Below are positions 31,936 through 45,396 of a DNA stretch of 64,000 nucleotides, piece by piece. The position numbers and the translations under genes were made by a program. The notes beneath the pieces are model-generated. The model had not been told where the DNA came from, made no database searches, and saw only the letters and a program-made list of their open reading frames with translations. The DNA is from Octopus sinensis (taxonomy: Eukaryota): the NCBI RefSeq assembly GCF_006345805.1, contig NC_043011.1, positions 65,484,464 to 65,548,463 on the forward strand, written 5' to 3'. Numbering within the stretch: position 1 is the first letter of the stretch; every line of letters begins with the position of its first letter.

Positions 31936-32516
31936 GAAGGGCTATTCTGTATTGTTTGTGAATAGAGAAGTTGTGTTCGACCAGAGAGAATCTTAGCATC
32001 ATTATTATTATTTTTTTCCCATGTGCGTTTGTGTTATTGCAATAAAATCTGTTTGTATATTTCGTGTAAGGTAATATTGTGGAGGTTGAAGTTGACCCCT
32101 CTAGAGATGTTTGTATGTCCAGTTAGGAGAACAGTTAGGTGTGCTTTTGCATTAAAAAGTATATGTTTACATTTATATTTGTATATTCAGAGAGGAAGTA
32201 AAGAAAATAAAGAAGAAGAAAAGTCAGATTTTCATAGAAAAATTAACGGTTTTGTAAGTCCACAAAAAGAAAAGCCTGATGTTTTTAGAGAGAAGAAAAA
32301 AAAGGATGTTTACAGAGGCAATTGAGGGTATTAAAGTTTTTAAAGCTGAACGAATGTATGATTGAAACTGTAGATATGTAAATTTGTAAATTTCTTAACT
32401 TATTTTGAAGGGCTGTTCTGTATTGTTTGTGAATAGAGAAGTTTTGTTCGACCAGAGAGAATCTATAATTAGTATCATTATTTTTTCCATGTGCATTTGT
32501 GTTATTGCAATAAAAA
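31936..32516. repeat. About 110-bp direct repeat pair (31936-32047 and 32407-32516), period about 471 bp
   Basis: gaagggct.ttctgtattgtttgtgaatagagaagtt.tgttcgaccagagagaatct...gtgttattgcaataaaa occurs twice. Confidence 0.9.
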
Positions 32517-32568
32517 GTATATGTTTAAGTCCAGCCGCTGCCAAGGCTGGCGCTCCTCTCTTCTTCTT

Positions 32569-32599
<31 letters not shown>

Positions 32600-32602
32600 T
32601 TC

Positions 32603-32661
<59 letters not shown>

Positions 32662-32676
32662 TATAATTATTATTAT

Positions 32677-34410
32677 TCAGTAGTTTTATTTTTATATCGT
32701 GCTTTCACTTCACTACCGAGCGCAGCACTGTGTGACTTAGGTATGTGCTTTGATTTGTTGTGATGCTCTGATGGTTATTGTATGGAAAGTGTTCTGCGTA
32801 GGATGTGTGCAGTGCCTAGTAGTGCAATTTTCTGTATGTTATATGTGTTTGTAAGTCCTGGTGTTTTTGTTATGCATTTGTCTGAATATTTTTTTATCAT
32901 GCCTAATACACCTACTATGATAGGAATTGTTTCTGTTTTCAGATTCCACATTCTAGTTACCTCTATTTCCAGGTCTTTGTATTTTGAGAGTTTCTCCATT
33001 TCTTTAGAGACACGTTGTCATCTGCCGGTATTAAAACATCAATTAGGAAGCATTTTTTTTCTTCATGATCTCTGACAACTATATCTGGTCTGTTGGCCTT
33101 AATTTCTCTATCTGTGTGTATCGGCATATCCCAGAGTATGGTTGCTTTCTCGTTTTCTGTGACCTTTTCTGGTGTGTGCCTATACCATCTTTTTTCTGTT
33201 GTTATTCCATAATGTTGGCATAGCTTCCAATGTATGTAGGTTCCAACTCTGTCATGTCTGTGAATATATTCCTTCTTAGCCAAGACTGGGCAGCTAGAGA
33301 TAATATGATTTATTGTTTCTTGTCCATCTCCACATATTCTGCAGTTACTTGTAATATTTCTTTTCATTACGTGTTTTTGGAAATTTCTGGTGGGGCGGCT
33401 TTGGTCTTGTGCTGCAATTAAAAATCCCTCTATTACTGCCTTGAGTCCTGAGCTTCTCAACCATTGCTGTGATTTTTCTTTGTCTATTTCTTTTGCGTTT
33501 GTTGCTGTTTTATTTTTAGTTTGGACTTCATTTGTTTTATAGGTTTTGCTGTTTCTTCATCATCTTCTTCTTCTTCGTGTTTATTAGGTGGTATGATTTC
33601 TTGTTTGTATTTGACAGCTTCCTTAAATACTGAGAACAGTTTTTTGTTTTGCTCGTGTTTTGCTGCTATCTGGATCAGTCTTCCTTCCTTCTGGAGTAGG
33701 TATATTTGCAGTCCTATGGTGGTTATTTTATAGTAGTTTTCCAGCTGTATAAGGCCTCTACCACCTTCTATACGTTGTATATATAGTCTTTCTATGTCAG
33801 ATTTTGGGTGATGCATCCTAGATCCTGTCAGTATTTTTCTTGCTTTCCTATCTATTTTGGACAGTTCATTTCGTGTCCAGTTAAGGATATTGTAGCTGTA
33901 ACTCATAACTGGGACAGCTAAAGTACTGATACCTATTATCTTGTTTTTAGCATTAAGCTCTGTTTTTAATATTGATCTAACTCGTCTATAATATTCTTTT
34001 TTTATTTTCTCTTTCATTTGTGTGTGTTGTGTCTTATCAAGTTCATGGATTCCTAAGTATTTGTAAGTTTGGCTTTGGTCTAATTCTTTTATTTCATTGG
34101 TTTTATCTAGTGTGATGTTTTTACTCTTAACTAGTTTTCCTCTTTTCATGGTTACTTTGGTGCATTTTTCTAATCCAAATTTCATATCTATTTCTTTGGT
34201 AAATCCATGAACTGTCTTTAATAGTGTTTCCAGATGTTTGTCATTTGCAGCGTATAGTTTTAGGTCATCCATATATAAAAGGTGGCTGATCGTTTTGCCG
34301 TAACATTTATATCCGCATCCAGTTCTATTTAGCATATCAGATAGAGGTGACAGTGCCAAGCGGAAAAGGAGTGGAGAGAGCGTGTCTCTCTCGAATATTC
34401 CTCTTCTAAT
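32677..34410 (-). mobile_element. Dong/R4 family C copy 1, 5'-truncated in RT
   Basis: YMDDLKLY, CRICGDGQETINHIISSC, NRPDI, TAHILRRTLSIQ*; 3' UTR ...GTAGTGAAGTGAAAGCACG...ACTACTGAA(TAA)n. Confidence 0.95.
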
Positions 34411-34416
34411 ATTTTA

Positions 34417-34492
<76 letters not shown>

Positions 34493-34523
34493 GCTATTAT
34501 TATTATTATTATTATTATCATTA

Positions 34524-34566
<43 letters not shown>

Positions 34567-34689
34567 TTTTATTATTATTATTGTCATCATTATCATTATT
34601 ATTAGTTGTAAACTATATACTGATGCCTTTCCTTGCATTTCTCTAATATAACGCTGGAAGTTCAGTACTAACATTATTACTTACTGGTA

Positions 34690-35670
34690 TTCCTAAACAA
34701 AATAATGTCTCCTAAAACGAGAGCGTCAAAGACCGAACACCAAACAAACGCAGGACATATAGCAAAATATAAGGACGAGAGACGCGCACGGTTTGCAGCA
34801 GATCACTGTGAAAGAAAGGAAGCACGACGAGCCCCTGAAACCGAACATCAAAGAAATGCATGACTTGCAATGAACGGAAGCTCAACGTGCAGCAGAAAAA
34901 AAGACGAAATAAATATACGAATTGCATTTCATCGTCTTTGCATGGAATCACATCATACGTAAGAAATTACACAGGAAACTACAAATAGACGCGAAAAGGA
35001 CCAAATATGGAACAGCGAATTTAGGTAACATCAGCAATAGTGGTTTCTTGCTTTCAGTTTTAATCCCAATCATTTCTATGAATCTGTAATTGGTTCGATT
35101 TCTCACTCATGCTATTACTCTGGTGGTAAAGATGGTTAAATGAACCAGCTGCATTATGTTGCACAGGTGGGCGGAATTATTCTACCTTTCTTCCCTCACC
35201 CTTCTGAAGAACTGAAATATTTTCTTCATGAGACGTCCCCATATTCAAAGCATCTTCTAAAAATAATACAACACTGTAATAATGCATTCAAAATGACTTT
35301 ATTTGGAACAAATGTTGTGAGTGAGGGAGGATTTATACACACATTCAAAATACAAGTGCAAGTATATCATCGAATTGGAAGCAGTTTAGCGCTAGAAAAT
35401 GAAGACCATAAATTTTTGCAGGTATATTTCATTAACAATATGCAAAAACAAGCTGAAACAAGATATAGAGTTAATAAAGGGCTTCACTTTGACATAATAC
35501 AACATCTTCAACAAATGGTTCATATAATAATACTAATACCAAGAATTTCAAATGTATCCTTGATAATACACAAAACATTTCGAATTAGTGATCAATTCCG
35601 ATGGAATATACCCATAGTTTTGACGGATTTACTCTCCACCCTTCATCAGGTGTCCTGCTAGAATTTTGAA
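34690..35670 (+). mobile_element. Helitron Rep N-terminal fragment
   Basis: ORF 35140-35661 (NNAFKMTLFG...GGFIHTFKIQVQVYHRIGS...KFLQVYF) matches the Helitron motif YNS.FQMTSFG...F..TFKIQGQVYHRIGSLLP...FLQIYF. Confidence 0.8.
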
Positions 35671-35784
35671 CCCAAACCTCGGTCCTCATTCCTAATGTAT
35701 CTTTTGCTGATATTATTATTATTACTATTATTATTATTATTATTATTATTATTATCATTATTATTATTATTATTATTATTACTA

Positions 35785-36329
35785 TTTTTCTTCTTCTTTC
35801 AAATTTGCTTCCATTTCTTGCCGAGTGTCTTTCCGACTCCTAGGGCAAAGAAACTCATAGTATACATTGGTAGGCCATTAAACCAAACTCAATAGTTCGT
35901 TCATTTAAAAAACATTTTTTTTAAAGTTAAATTAAAATACATGAGCAGCAACTGTTCTCACATCGACAATGCTCTTCTCAATACGTGTGATGTACCAGTT
36001 AAGACAATCTTTTGCACTTCTTGCAGGGATGGTAAGCCAGGGATCTTTCTCATAAATTTCGGTTCCCTTCTTGATCATTCCTAGTGCTCCTACGATCACT
36101 GGTATTGTAACCGCCTTGAGATGCCACATTTTCTCCATTTCAATGAGTAGGTCTTTATATTTTCTGAGCTTGTCAAACTCTTTCGCTGAGACATTATGAT
36201 CACAGGGGATGCTCATGTCGATCAATAAGCAAACTTTATTGTTTTGGTCTTTCACAACAATATCTGGTTTATTGGCCTCGATGGTTCGGTCTGTATGTAC
36301 TGGAAAGTCCCACAGAATAGTTACATTTT

Positions 36330-36332
<3 letters not shown>
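35785..36332 (-). mobile_element. Dong/R4 family B 3' fragment (RLE plus 3' UTR)
   Basis: Near-identical to 15030-15563; (TTA)n on both sides. Confidence 0.93.
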
Positions 36333-36377
<45 letters not shown>

Positions 36378-36390
36378 TTATTATTATTAT

Positions 36391-36946
36391 TGAGTGAGAG
36401 AGCAGTTCATGCCATCAAAGTGACACTGGGGTAAAATATACGAAGCCCAATATACTCTTCATGACTACCCGTCTGATAAAGTTACACCAGGCACATGCAT
36501 CACAACCATATGTGCGCGACATGGTGATCTCATATCAAGATAAACAGCACATGACCTTGCAGGTGGGGCCCAGTTAGAATTTTCTTCAGGTTGAGTAGCC
36601 CATCCCGCTCAAACGGTCCCTGAATAAGGGTTGTTTAAGGATGTTGAAAGAACCACCCATGTTTCCAGAGGTGAACTATTCAAACCCCAAAGAATCCCTC
36701 TTAACACATGGCTATGATGCTCCCCCACTACTTCTGCTCGTGATCAGAGATGCACATATCGTCAGCCACTAAGGGACATGCTCAACTGGTTAAGGTCAAA
36801 CAACTGACAAGCAAATCTGTGGTATTGAGCAGAATATTTGCTGTAGCCCATCTTTTATACCAAGACAAAACAATGTACATGATAACACTTCCAATCAGTT
36901 AAGATCAGAAGCCATGAGAGCCACTGCCTGGTACTGCATCAGGGCA
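36391..36946 (-). mobile_element. About 555-bp non-coding interspersed element X inserted in (TTA)n; partial second copy at 41963-42265
   Basis: Sharp boundaries against (TTA)n on both sides; no ORF; a near-identical partial copy lies 5 kb away. Confidence 0.75.
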
Positions 36947-36966
36947 TTATTATTATTATTATTATG

Positions 36967-37012
<46 letters not shown>

Positions 37013-37036
37013 TTATTATTGTCATTATTATTATTA

Positions 37037-37124
<88 letters not shown>

Positions 37125-37127
37125 CAT

Positions 37128-37233
37128 TCAGTAGTTTAATTTTTATAGCGTGCTTTCACTTCACTACCGAGCGCAGCTCTGTGTGCCTTAGGTATGTGTT
37201 GTGATTTCTTCTGATGCTCTGATGGTTATTGTA
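37128..37233 (-). mobile_element. Dong/R4 family C 3'-UTR-only insertion
   Basis: Matches 32677-32785; truncated at the ORF stop codon; (TTA)n flanks. Confidence 0.9.
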
Positions 37234-37251
37234 TTATTATTATTATTATTA

Positions 37252-37318
<67 letters not shown>

Positions 37319-37341
37319 TATTATTATTATTATTATTATTA

Positions 37342-37453
<112 letters not shown>

Positions 37454-37739
37454 TAAAACAGTCGACAGTGTCTATTAAGCATCACATCAAAAGCAGAGTT
37501 AGGATCGCCGGCGTTTCTTCCCACGGTGAACAATACATTTTGTGATACACAAGTTGGTATTTTGAGCACTTTTAGCGGTATATAATTGTCAAGGGTTATG
37601 CTAGTGATGTCGGTACCTAGTGAGGTATTGTACTGCTAAAACTGGCTTGGTTGCGGTTCTACAAAAAATATTTTTATTGTGGATATTCATTTAGTGAACG
37701 TTTACTCTAATACAGTCGCATTGCATTTTGCGAAAGTAC

Positions 37740-38525
37740 ATCAGTTTGGGTATCCTGCACGAGATCAATAGCAATTTTTTTTCTATCCTTTATGATAGAA
37801 TGAAGCTTCTTTCGTCTCTCGTGATTTTCTACGAGCATTAGCATCCAGTCATTCGTTACTTCCAGATATTTTATTATTATTTTTTTTTTTCTTCTTTCAA
37901 ATTTGCTTCCATTTCTTGCCGAGTGTCTTCCCGACTCCTAGGGCAAAGAAACTCATAGTATACATTGGTAGGCCATTAACCCAGACTCAATAGTTCGTTC
38001 ATTTTTTTTTAAAGTTAAATTAAAATATATGACAGCAACAGTTCTCACATCGACAATGCTCTTCTCAATACGTGTGATGTACCAGTTAAGACAATCTTTT
38101 GCACTTCTTGCAGGGATGGTAAGCCAGGGATCATTCTCATATAATTTTCGGTTCCCTTCTTGATCTTTCATAGTGCTCCTACGATCACTGGTATTGTAAC
38201 CGCCTTGAGATGCCACATTTTCTCAATTTCAATGAGTAGGTCTTTATATTTTCTGAGCTTCTCAAACTCTTTCGCTGAGATATTATGATCACAGGGGATG
38301 CTCATGTCGATCAATAAGCAAACTTTATTGTTTTGGTCTTTCACAACAATATCTGGTTTATTGGCCTTGATGGGTCGGTCTGTATGTACTGGAAAGTCCC
38401 ACAGAATGGTTACATTTTCTCCTTCAGTTACAGCCTCAGTGTGGTGATTATACCACTTGTCGGCAGTTTTGATATTGTAATGCCGATTTATTAGCCAGTG
38501 TAGATATTGGCCAACTCTGTCATGT
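37740..38525 (-). mobile_element. Dong/R4 family B fragments (thumb piece 37740-37870; RLE plus 3' UTR 37890-38525)
   Basis: Near-identical to the corresponding parts of 12701-15563. Confidence 0.9.
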
Positions 38526-38526
38526 C

Positions 38527-38651
<125 letters not shown>

Positions 38652-38652
38652 G

Positions 38653-38703
<51 letters not shown>

Positions 38704-38740
38704 ATTATTATTCTTGTTATTATTATTATTATTATTATAA

Positions 38741-38774
<34 letters not shown>

Positions 38775-38789
38775 GATATTATTTTGTTT

Positions 38790-41700
38790 CCTTCTTTTTT
38801 CAAATTTTCTTCCGATTGTCGCCGAGTGTTTTCCATACACCTATGACTGAGAAGGACATTTTATGCATTTCCAGACTACACGCGCGAATTCACAGACAAA
38901 ATATGTATTTAAAAATTAATAAATAAATAAATTTATGGATGGATGTTATTTTCACAGCGATAGTGTTCTTCTCAGTACATGAGCCGTTCCAGTTAATACG
39001 ATTTTTTGCACTTCCTGTAGTGATAGTGAGCCTAGAATCATTTTCAAATAGGTTTCAGTACCTTTTCTTCAAATTCCTAGAGATCCTACAATCACTGGTA
39101 CTGTAGTCGCCTTGAGATGACACATTCTTTCAATTTTCACTAGCGGGTCTTTATATTTACTAATCTTGTCAAATTCTTTCGCCGCTATATTGTGATCGCA
39201 AGGGATACTCATGTCTGATCTTTTATAATAGTATCCGGTTTATTAGCTTTTATAGTCCTGTCGGTATGTACAGGGAAGTCCCATAGAATCGACACATTTT
39301 CTCCCTCAGTCACAGCTTCAGGATGATGTTTATACCATTTGTCAGCGATTTTGATTTTATAATGCCGACATATTGTCCAGTGTAAATACTGGCCGACTCT
39401 GTCATGTCTTGCTTTATATTCTGCAGGTGCTAAGACTCTACACCCTGAGATTAGGTGGTCTATTGTTTCAATCTCATCGTTACAGAATCGGCATTTTTGT
39501 CAGCTCCATTTTTCATCACATTGGCTTGGTAGTTCCGGGTTAATAAGCTTTGGTCTTGAGTAGCTAATATGAAACATTCACTCTCTGTTTTTAGCCATGA
39601 GCTTCGTAACCATTGGTGCGTGTGTTTCTGGTCGACATTAGCTTGTTTGCTACGGGCCACATACTTGCCATGGAGAGGTTTCTGTTCCCATCTGCTAGCT
39701 AAAGTTTCATGTCTTTGCAATTAATTTTATTTCCTTTGCAGCTGCATTTGGCGCATTTCCTTCAGCCTGATCAATCTGGTGGGTATCTAAGAGATCAGCA
39801 GCGAATTTTTTGCTCTCTTTGAGAATAGAGTGAAGTCTTTTCAGTCTTTCATGTTTTTCAACAAGTTTTCGAATCCAATCGTTGGTTGCTTCAAGGTATT
39901 TAACCAGTCCTATTGTGGTGGTTTTGTATGTAAGCTCAATATGGATCAAACTTCGACCTCCCTTATCTCAGGGAAGGTAAAGGCGATCCACGTCTGCCCT
40001 TGGATGGTACATCTTATTACAGGTCAGTAGCTTGCGGATTTTCCTGTCAATTTTCATTATTTCACTGGTAATCCAGTTAAGCACATTGAAGCTATAAAGA
40101 ACAACTGGTACTGCTAAGGAATTTATGGCTAAAACATTATTATATACATTCAGCTCAGACTTCAGTACTGCTCGAACTCTTCAAAAAAATCTTTCCTAAC
40201 CTTCTCTTTCATGCTTGCATGCTGGATACGAGAGCCTTCATTTATTCCTGGATATTTATAGGTTTGTTCCTGCTCAAGTTCCTTTATCACTATTTCGACA
40301 TCTAATTCGATGGAACTAGACTTTACCAATTTCCCTTTCTTAAAAGTGGCTTTGGCACACTTTTCAAGGCCAAACTCCATCCCGATATCATCACTGAATC
40401 CTTTCACAGTATGTAATAATCCTTCAAGCTCTTCATCACCTTTGCCATATAGCTTTAAGTCATCCATATAAAATAGATGGCTTATTTTCCTGTTGTCAAT
40501 TTTGTAGCCATATCCTGTTCTATTCAGTTCACTTGAGAATGGTATAAGTGCTATGCAGAAAATTAGTGGTGAAAATGAGTCACCTTGCAAAATTCCACAG
40601 TTTATGCTAATGTTGTTTGAGCGCAATACTCCATTAGAATGATTTAATTGGAGCTTCGTGTTCCATAGTGACATATTATACTTTGAAAAATCTGAAATCA
40701 CAGGAGAAATTTGAAAATATCCAGCGATTTCAGAAGCTACGAATGTGGTATGCTGTCAAAGGCTTTTCTATAATCAATCCATGAAGAGCTGAGATTTCTG
40801 CGCTTGTTATTGCAGTTCTCAAGGATCATGCGATTAATTAGGCGCTGATCTTTGCATCCATATGAGCCTCATCTGCATCCTTTTTTGTTCAGTTGGAAAG
40901 AGGTTATTTTCTTCCATAAACGTATATGTTTTCTCTACTAGAATAGATGTCAAACTCTTATAGGTAGTAGATAAACATATTATAGGCCGGTAGTTTTTGG
41001 GTCTTTCGTTTTGTTACTTTTTTGGTAGGAGGTAAGTAATACCATTTGCCATCCAATGGGGTGTTTTTTCCGGGTTTTTCATAATACTATTAAATAATAT
41101 TACTAACATTTTGTGTGCGGATGAGAGTGATGAGAGCCAGAAATTTGGTACTCTATCAATACCAGGGAATTTCCACTTACGAGCTTTCCTTAGGTCGGCG
41201 ATTGAGATGTCTTCCCATACCTGTTCTTGTAGATTTTTGTAGTCATCTTGGGTGTGATTGATCCACTCTGCATTTTCATCGTATGGTTTCTCATCACTCC
41301 AGATCCCCTTCCAAAAGTTTTCAACTTCTTCCATTAGGGGTGGATTTTCAATGGTTATTTTTTCTTTCCCTATTTCCCTGTAAAATGATTTGGCATTGGA
41401 TTTGAGCATCTTATTTTGTTTGTAGAATTTGATTCTTTTCTCAAATCTGCGTATTCTCTGATCTTTTGCCAGAACTTTTTGTTTAAGTGTTTCTTTCGCT
41501 GACGTTAGTTCTCTCTTGTTGAGTTCCATATTTTCTCACAATCTTCCTGCCTTTTCTTGATCTTACATCATTTCCAGAGATTAGCTCAGTTAATATTGAT
41601 ATCTCCCTTTGCAATGATTCAATTTCAGTTTCAATTCTACTCCTCCAGTTTGGTTTTCTTTTCGAATTTGGTATTGTTGGCTTTTTGGGTGTTAAACAGC

Positions 41701-41960
41701 GTCTTTCGATTACCTTAGCGACAGAGTAAATAGTTTCATTTAATTTATTAAGATCGCGTTTTAGTTGTTGTATGATTTCCTGTGTAACGCAGTTGCCAAT
41801 TTTTATTTGTGTTTTATGTTGGTGTGCATTTGAGAGTTTATGGAGTGGTTCCCTATCATTCATAGTTGTATGGCCTACAACTGCAAGCTCATTCAGAACT
41901 TCTTGCTTCATTTCAATGATAGATTTTCTGTGTTGTTTAACAAACATGAGGTCTTCAAAT
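38790..41960 (-). mobile_element. Dong/R4 family D (related to B), 5'-truncated, decayed
   Basis: Minus ORFs 41947-39460 carry RT (GDSFSPLIFC, YMDDLKLYG), a knuckle and RLE remnants; distinct 3' UTR. Confidence 0.93.
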
Positions 41961-41962
41961 TC

Positions 41963-42265
41963 TCAAAAGGTCCCTGAATAAGGGTTGTTTAAGGATGTTG
42001 AAAGAACCACCCATGTTTCCAGAGGTGAATTATTCAAACCCCAAAGAATCCCTCTTAACACATGGCTATGATGCTCCTCCACTACTTCTGCTCGTGATCA
42101 GAGATGCACATATCGTTAGCCACTAAGGGACATGCTCTACTGGTTAAAGTCAAACGACTGACAAGCAAATCTGTGGTATTGAGCAGAATATTTGCTGTAG
42201 CCCATCTTTTATACCAAGACAAAACAATATACATGATAACACTTCCAATCATTTAAGATCAGAAG
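41963..42265 (-). mobile_element. 5' half of element X fused directly to Dong family D
   Basis: Matches 36613-36915; the junction accttttgag|aatttgaag has GAG microhomology. Confidence 0.85.
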
Positions 42266-42363
<98 letters not shown>

Positions 42364-42750
42364 TTATTATTATTATTATCAATATTGATAGACTGCCATT
42401 TTCGTTTTTCTACGTACCTGATGCTTCCATTAAAATTCAAAGATATAGCGAAGCGAGAGAGAGGAGGACAGAGAAGTAAGAGAAAAGGGAAGAGTGAGAG
42501 AAAAAGTGAGAGACAGTGAGAGAAAGTGAGAGAGACGATACATAAATCCAAAGAATAGTTTATACATAGATACATACACAGAGTAAATATTGTATGTCAT
42601 CTTCATTTTCCTTACCACACGAGGATAAAATTAAATCACGAATATCTGAGAACTCAGCAGCATTCAAGGAGTACTCCGGGAGGTTCTGTCTCATACATAA
42701 TATGAGAAGGATGACTCGTTTGAATTACGAGGTACAACACGAGACATACA

Positions 42751-42804
<54 letters not shown>

Positions 42805-43169
42805 CATACACACACATTTATATATATATATATATATATATGCATATACAAACAGGAATATATTTGTGTGTGTATAGTTTTGGTTAGTTAAAACACGTTA
42901 GCAATAACAAGGGTCGCGTGGTTAAAATAAACGCAATTACAAAACGTTTTTCATAAATCCATTTACTATCTCGTTATTTTTCATTTCCATGTGTACATTA
43001 AGGTTCTTTGAAAATGTACGAGGCATTTTAAGGTTAAATAGTAATTCCGTTTACGTTTGTATAACTGAGCCATTTGGGTTGCATTTTAAAGTCATTGGTG
43101 CTACATTACTCTCCATATTCTGTAACGTTGACAATATACTTTTATAGGTCTGAATGTTTTGTGGGACTG

Positions 43170-43290
43170 GGCCAGTTCATTAGATCATCCCCTGCTAAAC
43201 AACTGATAATTAATTTATCAACCCCGAGAGGACAAAGCTAAAGTTGATCTTGGCAGAATTTGAACTCAGAAGGCAAACATTTCTTATGCC
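43170..43290 (-). mobile_element. Degenerate tRNA-SINE fragment; similar fragments at about 50340-50450 and 50650-50760
   Basis: ttatcaaccccgagaggacaaagctaaagttgatcttggcagaatttgaactcagaa matches the SINE core in reverse. Confidence 0.6.
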
Positions 43291-43401
43291 ACCAGTACGC
43301 TGTTTACAGATGTTTACATTTTTATCTTTTCCATGAATTTTCACGGGTCCGGCTAGTTATTGTAATAATAATAATTATCATTATTATTATTATTATTATA
43401 A

Positions 43402-43480
<79 letters not shown>

Positions 43481-43507
43481 CATTATTATTATTATAATTA
43501 TTATTAT

Positions 43508-45330
43508 TCAGTAGTTTTATTTTTATAGCGTGCTTTCACTTCACTACCGAGCGCAGCTCTGTGTGCCTTGGTTAGGTGCTGTGATTTGTTGTGATGCTCT
43601 GATGTTTATTGTATGGAAAGTGTTCTGCGTAGGATGTGTGCAGTGCCTAGTAGTTCAATTTTCTGTATGTTATATGTGTTTGTAAGTCCTGGTGTGTTTG
43701 TTATGTATTTGTCTGAATATTTTTTTATCATGCCTAAAGCACCTACTATGATAGGAATTGTTTCTGTTTTCAGATTCCACATTCTAGTTACCTCTATTTC
43801 CAGGTCTTTGTATTTTGAGAGTTTCTCCATTTCTTTTAGAGACACGTTGTCATCAGCCGGTACTGATACATCAATTAGAAAGCTTTTTTTCTTCATGATC
43901 TCTGACAACTATATCTGGTCTGTTGGCCTTAATTTCTCTATCTGTGTGTATCGGCATATCCCAGAGTATGGTTGCTTTCTCGTTTTCTGTGACCTTTTCT
44001 GGTGTGTGCTTATACCATCTTTTTTTCTGTTGTTATTCCATAATGTTGGCATAGCTTCCAATGTATGTAGGTTCCAACTCTGTCATGTCTGTGAATATAT
44101 TCCTTCTTAGCCAGGACTGGGCAGCTAGAGATAATATGATTTATTGTTTCTTGTCCATCTCCACATATTCTACAGTTACTTGTAATATTTCTTTTCATTA
44201 CATGCTTTTGGTAATTCCTGGTGAGGAGGCTTTGGTCTTGTGCTGCAATTAAAAATCCCTCTGTCTCTGCTTTGAGTCCTGAGCTTCTCAACCATTGCTG
44301 GGATTTTTCTTTGTCTATTTTTTTACGTTTAGTTTAGTCCAGTATTTACCATGAAGGGGCTTTTCTTCCCATCGTTTTATCATGGTTCGTTGCTGTTCTA
44401 TTTTTAGTTTGGATTTCATTTGTTTTATAGCTTTTGTTGTTTCTTCATCTTCTTCGTCTTCTTCTTCATGTTTATTAGGTGGTATGATTTCTTGTTTGTA
44501 TTTGTCAGCTTCCCTAAATACTGAGAACAGTTTTTTGTTTTGCTCGTGTTTTGCCGCTACCTGGATCAGTTTTCCTTCCTTCCGAAGTAGATATTTTTGC
44601 AGTCCTATGGTGGTTATCTTATAGTAGTTTTCCAGCTGTATAAGGCCTCTACCACCTTCTATACGTTGTATATATAGTCTTTCTATGTCAGATTTTGGGT
44701 GATGCATCCTAGATCCTGTCATTATTTTTCTTGTTTTCCTATCTATTTTGGTCAGTTCATTTCGTGTCCAGTTAAGGATATTGTAGCTGTAACTTATAAC
44801 TGGGACAGCTAAAGTGTTGATACCTATTATCTTGTTTTTAGCATTGAGCTCTGTTTTTAGTATTGATCTAACTCGTCTATAATATTCTTTTTTTATTTTC
44901 TCTTTCATTTGTGTGTGTTGTGTCTTATCTAGTTCATGGATTCCTAAGTATTTGTAAGTTTGGCTTTGGTCTAATTCTTTTATTTCATTGGTTTTATCTA
45001 GTGTGATGTTGTTACTCTTAACTAGTTTTCCTCTTTTCATGGTTACTTTGGCGCATTTTTCTAATCCAAATTTCATATCTATTTCTTTGATAATTCCATG
45101 AACTGTCTTTAATAGTGTTTCCAGCTGTTTCTCATTTGCAGCGTATAGTTTTAGGTCAACCATATATAAAAGGTGGCTGATCGTTTTGCCGTAACATTTA
45201 TATCCGCATCCAGTTGTATTTAGTATATCAGATAGAGGTGACAGTGCCAACAGAAAAGGAGTGGAGAGAGCGTGTCTCCATGGAATATTCCTCTTCTAAT
45301 GGAGATGTCTTTGGTTTTCATGAGTCCCTC
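43508..45330 (-). mobile_element. Dong/R4 family C copy 2, 5'-truncated in RT
   Basis: ORFs 45250-43606; closely similar to 32677-34410. Confidence 0.95.
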
Positions 45331-45391
<61 letters not shown>

Positions 45392-45396
<5 letters not shown>

